Shown: positions 13,561-27,221 of the stretch, piece after piece
Layout: each line of letters opens with the position of its first letter
Position numbering within the stretch: the first letter of the stretch is position 1
Origin: Octopus sinensis
Lineage: Eukaryota
Assembly: GCF_006345805.1 (NCBI RefSeq)
Contig: NC_043005.1
Span: 24,056,001-24,120,000, forward strand
Direction of reading: 5' to 3'
DNA length: 64,000 bases
Position numbers and translations under genes: made by a program
Notes under the pieces: generated by a model
The model's database searches: none
The model's input: the letters and a program-made list of their open reading frames with translations, nothing else
Told to the model about the DNA's origin: nothing

Positions 13561-13834
13561 CCATTCATCACCCTTTTGTACTATCTTATATCTCTCCCCA
13601 CCACTACACACTCAATAATGCTATAAAAAGAGTCAAAATTCCTGCAAAAGCTTAGTTCAATTTGAAGACTCCACTAGAATGGACCAAAGCGCTAATATAT
13701 GATATATGATATATGATTTATAAAAACATGTAACATACTAATAAATATCTGTAAATATAAAACCATCCGGATTTCTGAGTACCTCATTTCTTCTAATATA
13801 TAATACCTGTATTTCATCTCCAAACACGATTTTC

Positions 13835-16800
13835 AGCTCTTTCTGTAGGGATGGTAAGCCTGGTATCATTTTCAAATAGGTTTTAGTACCTTTTTCTTTA
13901 TCATTCCTAGAGATCCTACAATCACTGGTACTGTAGTCGCCTTGAGATGCCACATTTTTTCCAATTTCTATCAGCAAGTCTTTATATTTACTAATCTTGT
14001 CAAACTCTTTCGCCGCTATATTGTGATCGCAAGGAATAGTCATGTCAATTAATAAACACATCGTTTTTTTCTGATCTTTTATGATAATATCCGGTTAATT
14101 AGCTTTTATAGTTTTGTCGGTATGTACGGAAAAGTCCCAGAGAATCAACACATTTTCTCCCTCAGTCACAGCTTCTGGATGGTGTTTATAGAATTTGTCA
14201 GCGGTTTTGATTTTATAATGCCGACATATTGTCCAGTGTAAATACTGGCCGACTCTGTCATGTCTTGCTTTATATTCTACAGGTGCTAAGACTCTACACC
14301 CTGAAATTTGGTGGTCTATTGTTTCAATCTCATCGTTACAGAATCGGCATTTTGGGTCAGCTCCATTTTTTATCACATTGGCTTGGTAGTTCCGGGTTAG
14401 TAAGCATTGGTCTTGAGCAGCTAATATGAAACCTTCACTCTCCGCTTTTAGCCCTGAGCTTCGTAACCATTGGTGCGTGTGTTTCTGGTTGACATCAGCT
14501 TGTTTGCTACGGGCCACATACTTGTCATGCAGAGGTTTCTGTTCCCATCTGCTAGCTAATTTTTCATGCGCTTTTGTCTTTGCAATCAATTTTATTTTCT
14601 TTGCAGCAGCAGTTGGCGCATTTCCTTCAACCTTATCAATCTGGTAGGTATCTAAGAGATCAGTAGCGAATTTTTTGCTCTCTTTCAGAATAGAGTAAAG
14701 TTTTTTCGGTCTTTCATGTTTTTCAACAAGTTTTAGCATCCAATCGTTGGTTGTTTCAAGGCCAGTCCAATTGTGGTGGTTTTGTACGTAAGTTCAAGCT
14801 GGATCAAGCCTCGACGTCCCTGAGCTCTGGAAAGGTAAAGACGATCCACGTCTGCCTTTGGTTGGTGCATCTTATAACAAGTCAGTAGCTTGCAGATTTT
14901 TCTGTCAATTTTCATTATTTCACTGGTATTCCAGTTAAGCACATTGAAGCTATAAAGAACAACTGGTACTGCTAAGGAATTTATGGCTAACACCTTATTA
15001 TATGCATTCAGCTCAGACTTCAGGACTGCTTGAACTCTTCTATGATATTCCTTCCTAACATTCTCTTTCATGCTTGTATGCTGGATACCAGAGCCTTCAT
15101 TTATTCCGAGGTATTCATAGGTTTGTTCCTGCTCAAGTTCCTTTATTACTCTTTCGACATCAAATTCGATTGAACTTGACTTCACCAATTTCCCTTACTT
15201 AAAAGTGGCTTTGGCACACTTTTCAAGGCCAAACTCCATCAAGATATAATCACTGAATCCTTTCACAATTTGTAAGAGTCCTTGAAGCTCTTCATCATCT
15301 TTGCCATATAGTTTTAAGTCATCCATATAAAATAGATGGCTTATTTTCCTGTTGTCAATTTTGTAGCCATACCCTGTTATATTCAGTTCACTTTAGAGTG
15401 GTATTAGTGCTATGCAGAAAATTAGTGGTGAAAGTGAGTTATCTTGGAAAATGCCACAGTTTATGCTAATACTGTTTGAGCGCAACACTCCATTAGAATG
15501 ATATAATTGGATCTTCGTGTTCCATAGTGACATATTATACTTTAAAAAATCTGAATTCACAGGAGAAATTTTGAAAATGTCCAGCAATTTCAGAATCCAC
15601 GAATGTGGTATGCTGTCAAAGGCTATTTTGTAATCAATCCACGAGGAGCTGAGATTTCTGCGCTTGTTATGGCAGTTCTCAAGGATCATGCGATTAATTA
15701 GGAGCTGATCTTTGCATCCGTATGAGCCTCGTCTGGAGCCTTTTTGTTCTGTGGGAAAGAGGTTATTCTCTTCCATAAACGTATGTTTTCTCCGCTAGAA
15801 TAGATGTCAAAATCTTATAGGTAGTAGACAAACATGTTATAGGCCGGTAGTTTTGGGGATCTTTCGTTTCATTATTTTTTGGGAGGAGGTAAGTAATACC
15901 ATTTGCCATCCAATGGGGAGTTTTTTCTGGGTCTTTCATAATACTATTTAATAGTATTACTAACATTTTGTGTGCGGATGAGAGTGATGAGTGTCAGAAA
16001 TTTGGTACTCTATCAATAACAGGGGATTTCCAATTATGAACATTCGTTAGTGCCCTCCTTTTTGTGGGGCGCAGTTGAGAATAACATAAAGTGCTCTCTT
16101 TGCAGTACCAAGGCGGAGATGGTGGCTGCGATCAATGAGATGTTTGAAGATCTGCCCAAGAACACTGTCAGGGACGCATGCGCCAGATTCTGTAACCGTC
16201 TTGAGATTGTGGTGCTAGCTGGGGGCTTCTTTGATTATACTGTTATCCCTCATTGTATTGTTTCTCATCACTCCAGATCTCTTTCCAAAAGTTTTCAATT
16301 TCTTCCATTAGGGGTGGATTTTCAATGGTTATTTTTTCTTTCCCTATTTCCCTGTAAAATGATTTGGCATTGGATTTGAACATCTTATTTTGTTTGTAGC
16401 ATTTGATTCTTTTCTCAAATCTGCGTATTCTCTGAGCTTTTGCCTGAACTTTTTGTTTAAGTCTTTCTTTCGCTGAGATTAGTTCTTCTCTTGTTGAGGG
16501 TCCTTATTTTCTCACAATCTTCCTGCCTTTTCTTGATATTACACCATTTCCTGAGATTAGCTCAGTGAATATTGATATCTCCCTTCGCAATGATTCAATT
16601 TCAGTTTCAAGTCTACTCCTCCAGTTTGATTTTCTTTTCGAATTTGGTACTGTTGGCTTTTTGGGCATTAAACAGCGTCTTTCGATTACCTTAGCAAGAG
16701 AGTAACTAATTTCATTTAACTTAATAAGATCGGGTTTTAGTTGTTGTATGATTTCTTGTGTAACGCAGTTGCCAATTTTTATTTGTGTTTTATGTTGGTG
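13835..16800 (-). mobile_element. R4/Dong-clade non-LTR retrotransposon (RT, CCHC knuckle, restriction-like endonuclease), degenerate
   Basis: NYRPITCL, EQKG, WIDYKIAFDSIPH, GIFQD.SLSPL, LFYMDDLKLY, CRFC…HQISGC, (R)PDIII…IDMTIP…KEFDKISKYKDL. Confidence 0.92.
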
Positions 16801-16802
16801 TG

Positions 16803-17350
16803 AGCAGTACATACCATCAAAGTGACACTGGGGTAAACTATACAAAGCCCCGTATACCTATCGTGACTACCTGTCTGATGAGGGCACACCAGGCACATAC
16901 ATCACAACCACATGTGCGTGACGTAGTGATCTGATATCAAGATTAACAGCGCATGACCTTGCAGGTGGGGCCCAATTAGAATTTTCTTAAGGTCGAGTAG
17001 CCCATCCCACTCAAATGGTCCCTGAATAAAGATTATTTAAGGATATAGAATGAAACACCCATGTTTCCGAAGGTGAGTTATCCTAACCCCAAAGAATTCC
17101 TCTCAACACATGGCTATGATACTCCCCCACTACTTCTGCTCGTGGTCAGAGATGCACATATCGTCAGCCACCAAGGGACATGCTCAACTGGTTAAGGTCA
17201 AGCAACTGACAAGTACATCTGTGGTACTGAGCAGAATATTTGCTGTAGCCCATCTTTTTTACTAAGGCAAAACAATGTACATAATAACACTTCCAATCAG
17301 TTAAGATAAGAAGCCATGGGAGCTGCTGCCTGGTATTGCATCAGGGTATA
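16803..17350 (-). mobile_element. ~550-bp non-coding repeat associated with (AAT)n (copy 1 of 3)
   Basis: Reverse complement of the elements at 30324-30868 and 32020-32570; abuts (TTA)n at 17370-17470 and the Dong ORF. Confidence 0.8.
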
Positions 17351-17381
17351 TCATTATCATCATCGTTATTATTATTATTAA

Positions 17382-17471
<90 letters not shown>

Positions 17472-17479
17472 AAGAAACA

Positions 17480-18290
17480 GTTCATGTATTGGTGAATAGT
17501 TAACCGTATATGGTAAGTCTAAATGTTAAAGTTGCTAGTGTAAATAAACAAAGTAATTAACTGATATGGAGGAATTATGCGTATCAAGATAATTCCCGCC
17601 AGGTATCAAAATGTCGACATCACGATTACAGCTCAATGCTCCCTGAACACTTCTAAAGTCTGTTAGATGTGACATGGGAACTGCAACGGAGACTACGAAG
17701 CCGTGGCCAGCGGGAAGGGACTAACCGTATTTCTGACTGCGTTCGTTTGCCGAAATTCACCACCTTAATTTTGAACAGAGCCATATACTCAATTCAGCCG
17801 GCTATGTTAAGCTGCTGGAGATTGTGGTCAAATTCTGGTTGAAGAGGTTTGCTGCCGGTAGTCCATATGTGTGACAGCAGGATTAGGCACTTTGCCATAT
17901 GTCCGGATAGGGACATACGTGGTTGTCGGAAAATTTCTACGATTTCGCCAGTCCCAATTTCTGGCCTTCTTATTTTTCGATTGTAATTCCATTAAGTACT
18001 TTTTGTGGGGCGCAGTTGAGAATAACATCAAGTGTTCTCTTTGCTGTACCAAGGCGGAGATGGTGGCTGCGATCAATGAGATATTTGAAGATCTGCCCAA
18101 GAACACTGTCAGGGACACATGCGCCAGATTCTGTTACCGTCTTGAGATTGTGGTGCTAGCTAGGGGCTTTTTTGAGTATACTGTTATCCCTCCAGCCATA
18201 ATCTAGTCGATATTTTTACATTTCTTAAAATGTTTTCGATTTTTTCTTTTATGCAGACTGTCAAATGTAGCTCGAATACTTTATACATAC
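17480..18290 (+). mobile_element. Internally deleted Tc1/mariner (maT/DD37D-like) transposon
   Basis: N-term QNVDITITAQCSLNT…NGDYEAVAS; C-term YV*QQD*ALCH, SENFYDFASPNFWP, YFLWGAVE, CARF..RLEIVV.A.GFFE. Confidence 0.8.
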
Positions 18291-18303
18291 GTACATACAT
18301 ACA

Positions 18304-18386
<83 letters not shown>

Positions 18387-18469
18387 ATATATATATATAT
18401 ATATACATACATATATATATATATACTTATATACATAGATACACACATTCACGCATATATAAATACATG

Positions 18470-19200
18470 GTAGAAGCCAAAGCCGCTCATAATGAAAGGG
18501 TGTACTGGTAAAATGTTTCAGTGAAACCTCAATAGAATGTAAACACAATAAACCTGAAAATAATGATTTGGGGGTTGATGTTGTTTGTTCTTTCTCCAGC
18601 CACACCTGGCTCATAAGGCCGGTTTACCAGTTTCCTTGGCGTATAGGTTCCCCACCTGAACGGGACGCCGGTCCGTCGCAGGTGAGCTGCAAGATGCAGG
18701 AGGAAAGAGTGAGAGAAAGTTGTGGAGAAAGAGTCGCCAGAAGTTCGCCATTACCTTCTGCCAGAGTCGCATGGAGCTTAGGTGTTTCGCTCATAAACAC
18801 ACGCATCACCCGGTCTGAGATTTGAACCTGCAATCCCTCGACCGCGAATCCGCTGCTCTAACCACTAAGCCATGCGCCTCCACTGATTTGGGGATAGAGA
18901 AGAGAAACTGTGTGCAGATGTGTAAATCGGCTGCCCAGTGGATGCTAATATGAAGCTGAAGATCAGTGAAAAAGAGAATATCTACGCTTAACTATTGCGA
19001 GATATGCAATTACTCTATCCAGATTACACGTTCAGGTTTATATCTGTAGTTATTGGGACACTGAGTTATGTAGCACTCTGCCTATATATTTTGAGAAATT
19101 AGGCTTCTCGAGACCAAAAAAGAGAAAGCTGGTTCGAAGACGACAGATCCAATCCATCAGGGGAGATGTAAAAATGTGTAAAATTTTCCAGATGTTTATC
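18470..19200 (+). mobile_element. 3' fragment of an R2/R4-type LINE (REL endonuclease), split by a SINE
   Basis: CKHNKP..MIW|DREEKLC…GCPVDANMKLKISEKENIY…LYPDYTFRFISVVIGTL. Confidence 0.7.
18574..18883 (-). mobile_element. tRNA-derived SINE with 10-bp target-site duplication
   Basis: A box TGGCTTAGTGG and B box GGTTCAAATC on the minus strand; TSD TGATTTGGGG at 18564-18573 and 18884-18893. Confidence 0.9.
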
Positions 19201-19595
19201 ATTTACGTATATATGAGCATGTTTAGTTATGAAAGTATATGTATAACAAGACATTCATAAAAGAAAACAAAGAAGTCTGCACGTTTACACACACACACAC
19301 ACCACACACACACACACATACATACATACATACACACATACATACATACACACACACACACATACATACATACATACATACATACATACATACAAATATA
19401 CCTTGTTGTTTTTTCTTCATCGAGAAAAAAAGGGTTTTGTTGAGCGAAATTGCGAGGATAATCTGGTGCTTAACTGAGGAAAGAAAACTTTGAATGACCC
19501 GTCCTTGTTTTCTTTGTTTCGTCTGTGTGGATGTTTTGTTGTCCCTTTTTGTATCACCTAGCTGTCCGGATGTTTTGCGTTCTTGTCCCATCGTG

Positions 19596-19636
<41 letters not shown>

Positions 19637-19899
19637 TATATACATATATATAAACCAATTTCAACGGATTTCGCCCAAATTTGACGTCGCTGTTGCTTAG
19701 TTTGGTTTGAAATAAAGAACTTGATTAGCTTAAGAATCCTAACTTAATCCCGGGTAAAGCCGTGTTATACTGTTAGTTATATATATGCCAAACATAAACT
19801 TGGAAATATATAATAATGCTACCCGGACAGTATTGAGTAATTCTGAGGATGGACGAGCTTTATATTGTACTCTGCCACATTCCTAACGCAATGTACCAT

Positions 19900-20670
19900 A
19901 ACTCTCTCTCTCTCTCTCTTCGCTCTTATACGCCATTTGGTCTCAACTCTCTCCCCCTCCTCATCTAACCCCCTCTCCCCCTCCTCACCTACCTTTCCCC
20001 CGACCCCTACTTCTTCAGTCCTTCATCCTTTCACCCCTACTCCCCTTCCCTTCTTCCCTCTTTCTCCCTTCTTCCCTCTTTCTCCCTCCCTCCTTCCCTC
20101 TCTCCCTCTTCCTCTTCCCTCTGCTCCCTCACTCCCCTTCTCTCTCCCCCTCTCCCTCTTTCCTCCTTCCTCCTCCTCCCATCCTCCTCCCCTCCTCCCC
20201 TCCTCCCCCTCCCCCCCTCTTCTCCCCCTCCCCCTCTTCTCCTCTCTCCACACTACACCACACGACTTTACACATCACATCATATATGATGTGTCATACT
20301 AATACATACACCAACTAGTACATACTAATACATACTAATACATACTAATACATACACCAACCCTACACATACACACGCCCAGACCTCTCATACGCACTAA
20401 TACTCTCTCATACACACACACACACACACCCTTATAGATACTAATACGTACTAATACATACTAATACATACTAATACATACTAATACATACACCAACCCT
20501 ATACATACACACGTCCAGACCTCTCATACGCACTAATACTCTCTCATACACACACACACACACATACCCTTATACATACTAATACACACACCAACCCTAT
20601 ACATACACACGTCCAGACCTCTCATACGCACTAATACTCTCTCATACACACACACACACACACCCTTATG
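19900..20670 (+). repeat. Pyrimidine-rich (CT) low-complexity tract followed by three ~120-150 bp tandem units
   Basis: CCT/CTT runs at 19960-20250; unit CACCAACCCTAYACATACACACGYCCAGACCTCTCATACGCACTAATACTCTCTCATACAC repeated at ~20355, 20490 and 20590. Confidence 0.85.
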
Positions 20671-20832
20671 TTGGAGCTGGTCACTCAACCCTATTATCTC
20701 CCCTAATTTCGCTCTCGCGTCTCATGTTTGATCTTTGACTTCTGGCCGAAATCAGATCGCCATGTTGGTTCGTTAGTTACTGCACGCATTTTTTTTTCTC
20801 TCCTTCTTTCTGTGTTTTTTTTCTCTCTGTGT

Positions 20833-20872
20833 ATCTTTCTGTTGAAGAGCGTAGGCTCGAAACGTTAAAGAC
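20833..20872 (+). ncRNA. Minimal type-I hammerhead ribozyme-like motif (Penelope pLTR-type)
   Basis: TCTTT..TTGAAGA-GCGTAGGCTC-GAAA-CGT-TA-AAGA; U3 variant of the CUGANGA core, palindromic stem III AACGTT, short stem I TCTT/AAGA. Confidence 0.55.
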
Positions 20873-20979
20873 TTGTTTTATTTATATTTCCTGAGCGCCA
20901 TACTAATACAATTGTTTGTTTGTTTTTTCCACCTGCCTTCGTCTTTTGTCTATTTTCATAAAGCTTCCCGTTATATATA

Positions 20980-21039
<60 letters not shown>

Positions 21040-21095
21040 TATATATATATGTTTGCGTGCCTGTGTACGTGAGTGTGTGTTTGTGTGTGTGCATC

Positions 21096-21585
21096 ATTTA
21101 AAATATTTATCTACGAAATATTTCACGAAAAATATAAATACATCTTATGCCTATTGTATATCTTCGATATTCTTCTACTTTTCACCAGTTTTACAAATTA
21201 TAAGCGTTGCATACATAAAAGATTGCTTCGCTGCAGTTCCATAATCTAGTCGTCAATTGTCTTACGAATTAAACAAATCTCGTACAAACAATTGAGACAT
21301 CTTCGACGTCTTTCAAAAAATTTTCATTAAACTATCATACGAAAGATATCATTGTTCTGCATAACATGAATACTATCTCATTTTGTTATATAGCTCAAGT
21401 AGTGTTTGTTCAACGTGTTACATATCTAGAGAGAATCAGTTAATGATAGTTAAACTATTATTCTATAAAATGTCCGGGTTAGCAAGAAAAATATAGACAG
21501 TCTTTGAAAATAAATCACGTAACTATTATGTTTCTTCGTTTAAGTATTTCTTTTTCATCTTAATTAATTACTAGACTTACTCCTC
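21096..21585 (-). pseudogene. Probable N-terminal (CRI-region) fragment of the same viral L gene
   Basis: Translates as KKYLNEET**LRDL/FSKTVYIFLANPDIL...RLDYGTAAKQSF...DVFIFFVKYFVDKYFK*, resembling the L CRI layout (Y.N..K..E..SK; post-GHP helix; F...Y/F+.K...WP). The GHP motif itself is not intact. Same strand and expected order relative to the 7.3-10.4 kb piece. Confidence 0.5.
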
Positions 21586-21619
21586 ATAGATGATGTTCTT
21601 TCTTTAGAGTATACATACA

Positions 21620-23640
21620 TACATGTACTTCAACGTCCCTAATGTTGCATGGCCTTGAGGGCCACCTTCTTTCAGGTATGTCACCGCATAGCCAGAAGCA
21701 AGCCGAACCTCTGCTCAGTCTCATAAACCTATTGTTCATGGAAAAAAATAATGCTCCACCCAACAAAGAATGTTCTGGATCTCTACTTCACAAATAATAC
21801 GGCGCTTATCCATAATGTTATGGTGACACTGACTATTTTCTCGGACCATAACTTAATAGAACTAACGATGTGTGGTCCACAGAAAACTTCAGACATGCAG
21901 GCTACAAGAAAACCCCAATGCTTCGTCAGCCTAAACTTTCATTAAGCAGATTGGTTGGGTATTCAGAAAGAGGTCAGAGAACAAAACTGGTCAATCAGTC
22001 TCTCTACGCAAGATATTAACATAACGTTGTAGCCTTCTGAAGATTTGCAAAAGTGTCTGCTTCTGTACTATACAAGACAGGGCTATTGTTTGAAGAAAAT
22101 GGCTCACCGACTGCAGATCTCCAGAAGATAGGTTAAATACTGAATGTGCAATGCAAAAATGTTTCTACTTTTTCTACTCACTATTTGGGACACTTGCAAA
22201 TAGCTGTGCCTGATGAGTTGTTCGGTAAGACAGTTCTACATAAAGAGATTGCAATTATTGATAACATCATAATATAGGAAAATGGTGTAATATCTGCCAT
22301 TGATGAAATGAGATCAAACTCAGCCACATGCCCTGGTGGAATCTCAACAATCCTCCTAAAAAATGTAAAAGGGCTCTAACAAGACCACCACTGATCCTCT
22401 TCCAGAGCTTCCGCGCAAATGGAAGACTTGCCGACTCTCTAACCTCCCATGGTAGCAAATTCATGGAACGCATTGTCTGGAGTAAACTGATCGCGTTCTA
22501 GAAGATAATAACTTGCTTCCTGACATCCAGTATGGCTTCTGCTCAGGAAGAAGCTGTCTTACACAGCTTCTGCAGCATTATGACTGGATGTTTATACAAC
22601 TAATGAATTGCTCAAACATGGATGTGATATATCTTGATTTGGCAAAGGCTTTTAATAAGGTTCGCCATGGGATGATATGTCACCCGGTACAGCGACTCAG
22701 CATAGTTGTAAAACTGGGAGAGTGGTTACATAGCTTCTTAAAAGACAGAAGCAGGCTGTGGCAGTCAATGGAACCAAGTCCGAGGAGACAACATTAGCGA
22801 GTAGAGTGCCTCAGGGGGCTATCTTGGCTCCGCTGCTGTTTATTGTGGCTCTTTCTGACATGCCATCAGTTACATACATAGTCACACTTACTATGCCGAC
22901 AAATATTCAAGAAACTTTCCGATGCTAATATTCTACAGAATGACATAATAGTTGCCATATATAGATGGGCTGAAGAAAACGACATACAATGTAATGCAGG
23001 GAAATTCCAAGCCATCTGCTATCAGCTAGCCAGTGCTTACATACTGCAACAACGATACTTTGAACCAAAAAGATCAGCTATCCCACAGTGAATGATTTGG
23101 AGATTGATATGAACAACGACTGCTCGTTTCACGTATATATCATCAATATGGTGGAAATGTGCAGGCGAATGGCTGGATGGATTCTGAGAATCCAGTGCTA
23201 CATCAGCAGGATTGCATCAATGGAATAGCTGAGCTATTAGGAGAGACTGAAAGAACTACGATTCTACTCCCTGGGGAGAATGTGTTCGAAGTATGTAGTG
23301 ATATGTATATGGAAGATCCTGGAGAGGTTGACTCCAAACTTTGGTATCGAGAGCTATACGAACCTTCGAACTTGACGTCATTGCACTGTTCCAAAGTTCC
23401 CAGCTATGCTGTCTAGAGTGGGTACCATGCACTGCAGTAGCTTGAGATTGAAGGGCCCACAGGTATTTTCATGGAATAGAGGAATATGTTTACAAAAAAC
23501 AACTTGATCCTCTGTTATTGAAGGTCACAGACAAACCTATATCACGGCAAGAAGCTCAAAAGAGAGCAGCTTTGTCGAACTCCCGTCTTCATCAAACGCC
23601 AATCGCATATGAATGTCCACTGAAAAGGCGATTACATTGG
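21620..23640 (+). mobile_element. CR1-like LINE ORF2 remnant (APE end + RT + C-terminus)
   Basis: NVLDLYFTNN…IFSDHNLI; QYGFCSGRSCLTQLL; DVIYLDLAKAFNKVRH; SRVPQGAILAPLLF. Confidence 0.88.
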
Positions 23641-24177
23641 CGGTTCTCCAGCATGGCCGCAGCCTTTCGACTGAAACACATAAAAGAAATATTTGTGTGT
23701 ATATATAAATATATCTTTGTACATGGATGTGAATGTATTTATATAGACGTGTACGTATGTGTGCATATATATACAAGAGTATATGTATGTGTAACGAGTT
23801 TGGTAGGTCAAAATATTCCATATACCTTATTCTGGTCCGTAGTAATCGAGGGTCCCCCATATAATGCAAATACCTCTCATACCTCTCTACATACCTCAGT
23901 AATCTCTCTCACTCACTGAACCAGTCAACTTATTTCCCTCAAGTAATGGCCATTCCGCTTTTCACTATCTCAACCATTAATTCTATAGCCTTCATCGCAA
24001 ACTAACACAAATGACTACTATTCACATACTACATAAACTACCATCCCCTCTTCCTCTTACTTTCCACCTTTATTACTATAACTCCTTACTAGCCTCCTTA
24101 TTAACTCCTAGCCCTCGAAATTTATTCTCTCTTCTCACTATTCCCTATCTGAATCTAATGCACCCCCAATTCCCCTC

Positions 24178-25684
24178 ACTCTGGCGAAAATAAATTGAAG
24201 ACAGATGATAAAAGTTCTATTTCTTACAAAACATTTTGTTACTAACACCATACAAATAATTTTTATCTTTTACTCCTTATGCAGGATTTATTGCTCTTTC
24301 GAATGTTGCAGACAACAACTATTTTTATACAACTTGAAGAATTCTAATGCTAAATTAATATAAACGTTTCAAATTTACCGGCAAAATTAATTTAAGACCA
24401 TGTAATATGTATGCAAATTTTTTGCCAAAATGGGTGGTCACACAAGTAGCCTAACTGCACTATATAGTGTTATAATTTAACGTTATTATACAATTGATTA
24501 ATAAAGAAAAACAACGTAGCCTCAGTCCAGTCACGAGAACAAAAGTCGTATTACTCCACCAGCAAAAAGTTTCCTTTACGAACATCAGCAAGCAACTAAA
24601 GTGCAGTAAAACGGCTTGCGTGCAAGCGTGGAAGTTATACTCGGAGACTGGTCAATATAGAGATCGGCAAAGGACTGGCGCTCCAAGAAAAATGACGGCG
24701 CAGTTGGACTGTTGAATCCACCGACTTTTGGAAGGCCACCGAATGCTGACAACCGTTGACATTTGTAAACAATTCTCCAACAAGAATGGTGTTATTTTTA
24801 CATCACAAACCGTCCGCAACCGTTTGAGAGAATTTGGACTACATGGACGAATCGCTAGGAAAAAGTCAGTATTATGCCTTAATTTCGCAAAAAGCCATGC
24901 TCAATGGACTGCCAAAGATTGATGCAGGGTCCTTTGGAGTAACGAGTCATGCTTCTGTAAAACATACGTAAGACGTCGCCCAACCGAGGAATTCCATCCG
25001 AAATGCGTGAAAAAGACGGCACAAGCGAGGTGTGTGGATGTGATGGTGTGGGTGGCATTTAGTAGCTTTGGTGTTGCCCCTCTAGTTAAAGTTGATGGAA
25101 AGCTAAATAGTGTAGGTTATATGAATCTACAAAAGGATAATGTGGTGCCATATTTGACTCACGAAATGCCTCCGGCGGCTATTTATCAGCAGGACAATAG
25201 TTCTGTGCACAAAGCCAAAAAGGTTATGGAATTTTTCGATCACCATAATATTGATGTAATCGAATTGCCTCTCCAGAGCTCGGACCTGAATCCGATCGAG
25301 AACTTGTGGAATGATGTTTCCAAAAAAAGTCCATGCAAAAAAACCATCTAACCTAAAACAATTATTCGATTATATTAATGAAATATGGCAAAACATTTCC
25401 ATAGAATTTTGTAATCACTAAGTGAGTTCAATGCTGAGACGTTGTGCAGCCGTTATCTCTTATTATAAAAGGCAGATTTTATCTGCCTCCCTTTGTCTCT
25501 TATAGAAATCTACAATATAGGATTTCTTCAATTACAATTTACCTAGCATTTTTAAGAGTAGAATAAATCGGGTCGTGCCAGGTCCAGTTTTTAAAATTTC
25601 AACCCCAATTAAGCAAAATTTAGAGAAAACTCACATTGTCGTGTGTTAGTCAAGTGCTTTTCCTAGTGTGGGCTATAGCACTCG

Positions 25685-25715
<31 letters not shown>

Positions 25716-27221
25716 AGCGATCTGATTCACTCACGCTATCACTCTAATTTATACGACTTTCTCTTTGCAAGTTTGCAACGATTAAAGTGAAAACAGTGAA
25801 TCCGAGAGCTCCGACAGCGATAAAGAAAATGAATTGGCACCCGAATGGAGTGAAAATTTAAAAACTGTTTCTTTCGGTGATTTTTGTGAAGAAACTGGAC
25901 CAAGCCACAGACTTTCCCAGAAGAGTAAAGCCTTAGACTATTTCTTTTTACTTTTTCGAGTGAGCCTATTTGAAATCATTACGGCGGAAACGAACTGTTA
26001 CGCTAAACGTAAGCAAAGCGAAAGAAAGGATAGTTTGTTATTTCCCACAACCTTAAATGAAATTAAAGCCTATTTTGCCATAGATATAATTATGGGTATC
26101 AGAAAGTTACCCAGAATAACAAATTCTATCGTAAAATTTAGTTGTATACCCAATTGAATATTAGCTAATAACCCATTTTCTATAGTGATGTTTGAACAAA
26201 ATTTTAATAATTTTATATATTGTTGAATTTACCTGTATCTACCTGCAATTAGAGTCACTTTGTAACAAAAATTATAGTATAGAATTGGTTGAGAACATTT
26301 CATTAAATTATCTTCCAAAATTCATGTTAATATATTGATAGACTAAATTTATGATTACGTTAGAAATTAATTGAAACACATAAGGGGTGTATTTTGGTCA
26401 GAAATATAGTAACGAAAGGGTTAAGAAAAACCAAAAAATATTTTATTCTTTATAAATGTTGTGTTCAAAATAACATTTTCTTTTAAGAATGTGTAAATAA
26501 CAAAGTATTTGTATATAACTACGTGGCTTATATCTTTATATATAAAAGTGAAGTTGTGTGTCTGTCTCCTACGATTTAGATTCCTAACTACTCCCACATT
26601 TTGCGGTGCAGTGTAACCAAAACCGGGTATCTTATAGTCGTGATTCATATCGAGCCCTTCTGGGTATTAGCGCGCGTCTACGATGAGTCTACGATTTAAA
26701 AAAAAATTACCATCATATTTTTTCGCTATTATATAAGGGAAGTAACTCTCTAAAAATATCTACGATGTGTCAACGATTTAAAAAAAAATTTACCTTAATT
26801 TTTTTTCCATTTTTAATGCATTGTTTTGCTATTTTTTTGCTATAACTCTCTAAAAATGCTTATATAGTTATTTCCCTTACAAACCCGAGCAACGCCGGGC
26901 GATACTGCTAGTTAAGAATAAAGGCTACGACTATGTATTTCGTTCTTGTTCCTCATTTTTGCTACAATATTAAGCTTTAATTAAAATTATAAAGATACGG
27001 TCTTAAACTAATTTTGCCGGTAAATTTGAAATGTTTATATTAATTTAGCATTAGTATTCTCCAAGTTGTATAAAAATAGTTATTGCCTGCATCATTCGAA
27101 AGAGAAATAAATTCTGCATAAGGTGAAAAAGATAGAAATAATTTGTATGGTGTTAGTAACAAAATATTTTGTAAGAAACAGAACTTTTTTCATCGGTCTT
27201 AAATTTAGTTTCGCTAGTGTA
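24178..27221 (+). mobile_element. Tc1 (DD34E) transposon with ~220-bp TIRs containing inner and outer direct repeats; interrupted by a Helitron
   Basis: TIRs 24178-24400 and 26998-27221; transposase TGAPRK, WSNESCF, YQQDNSSVH, SSDLNPIENLW; frame RRCAAV|IKNKGY rejoins across 25456-26911. Confidence 0.92.
25456..26911 (+). mobile_element. Non-autonomous Helitron carrying a piggyBac transposase fragment
   Basis: Starts TC, ends with hairpin CCCGAGCAACGCCGGG + CTAG (26908-26911), inserted at A^T without TSD; ORF 25834-26157 (ALDYFFLLF…ETNCYA…EIKAYFAI.IIMG) is piggyBac/PGBD-like; piggyBac-type end …AAAGGGTTAA at 26415-26424; second Helitron-type 5' end TCTTTATATATAAAAG at 26533. Confidence 0.88.

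Noticed and set aside
18780-18883. tRNA gene (also 3250-3320, 50950-51030 and 63268-63340)
   Set aside because: A/B boxes belong to SINE heads with body, tail and in one case a TSD; no complete cloverleaf.
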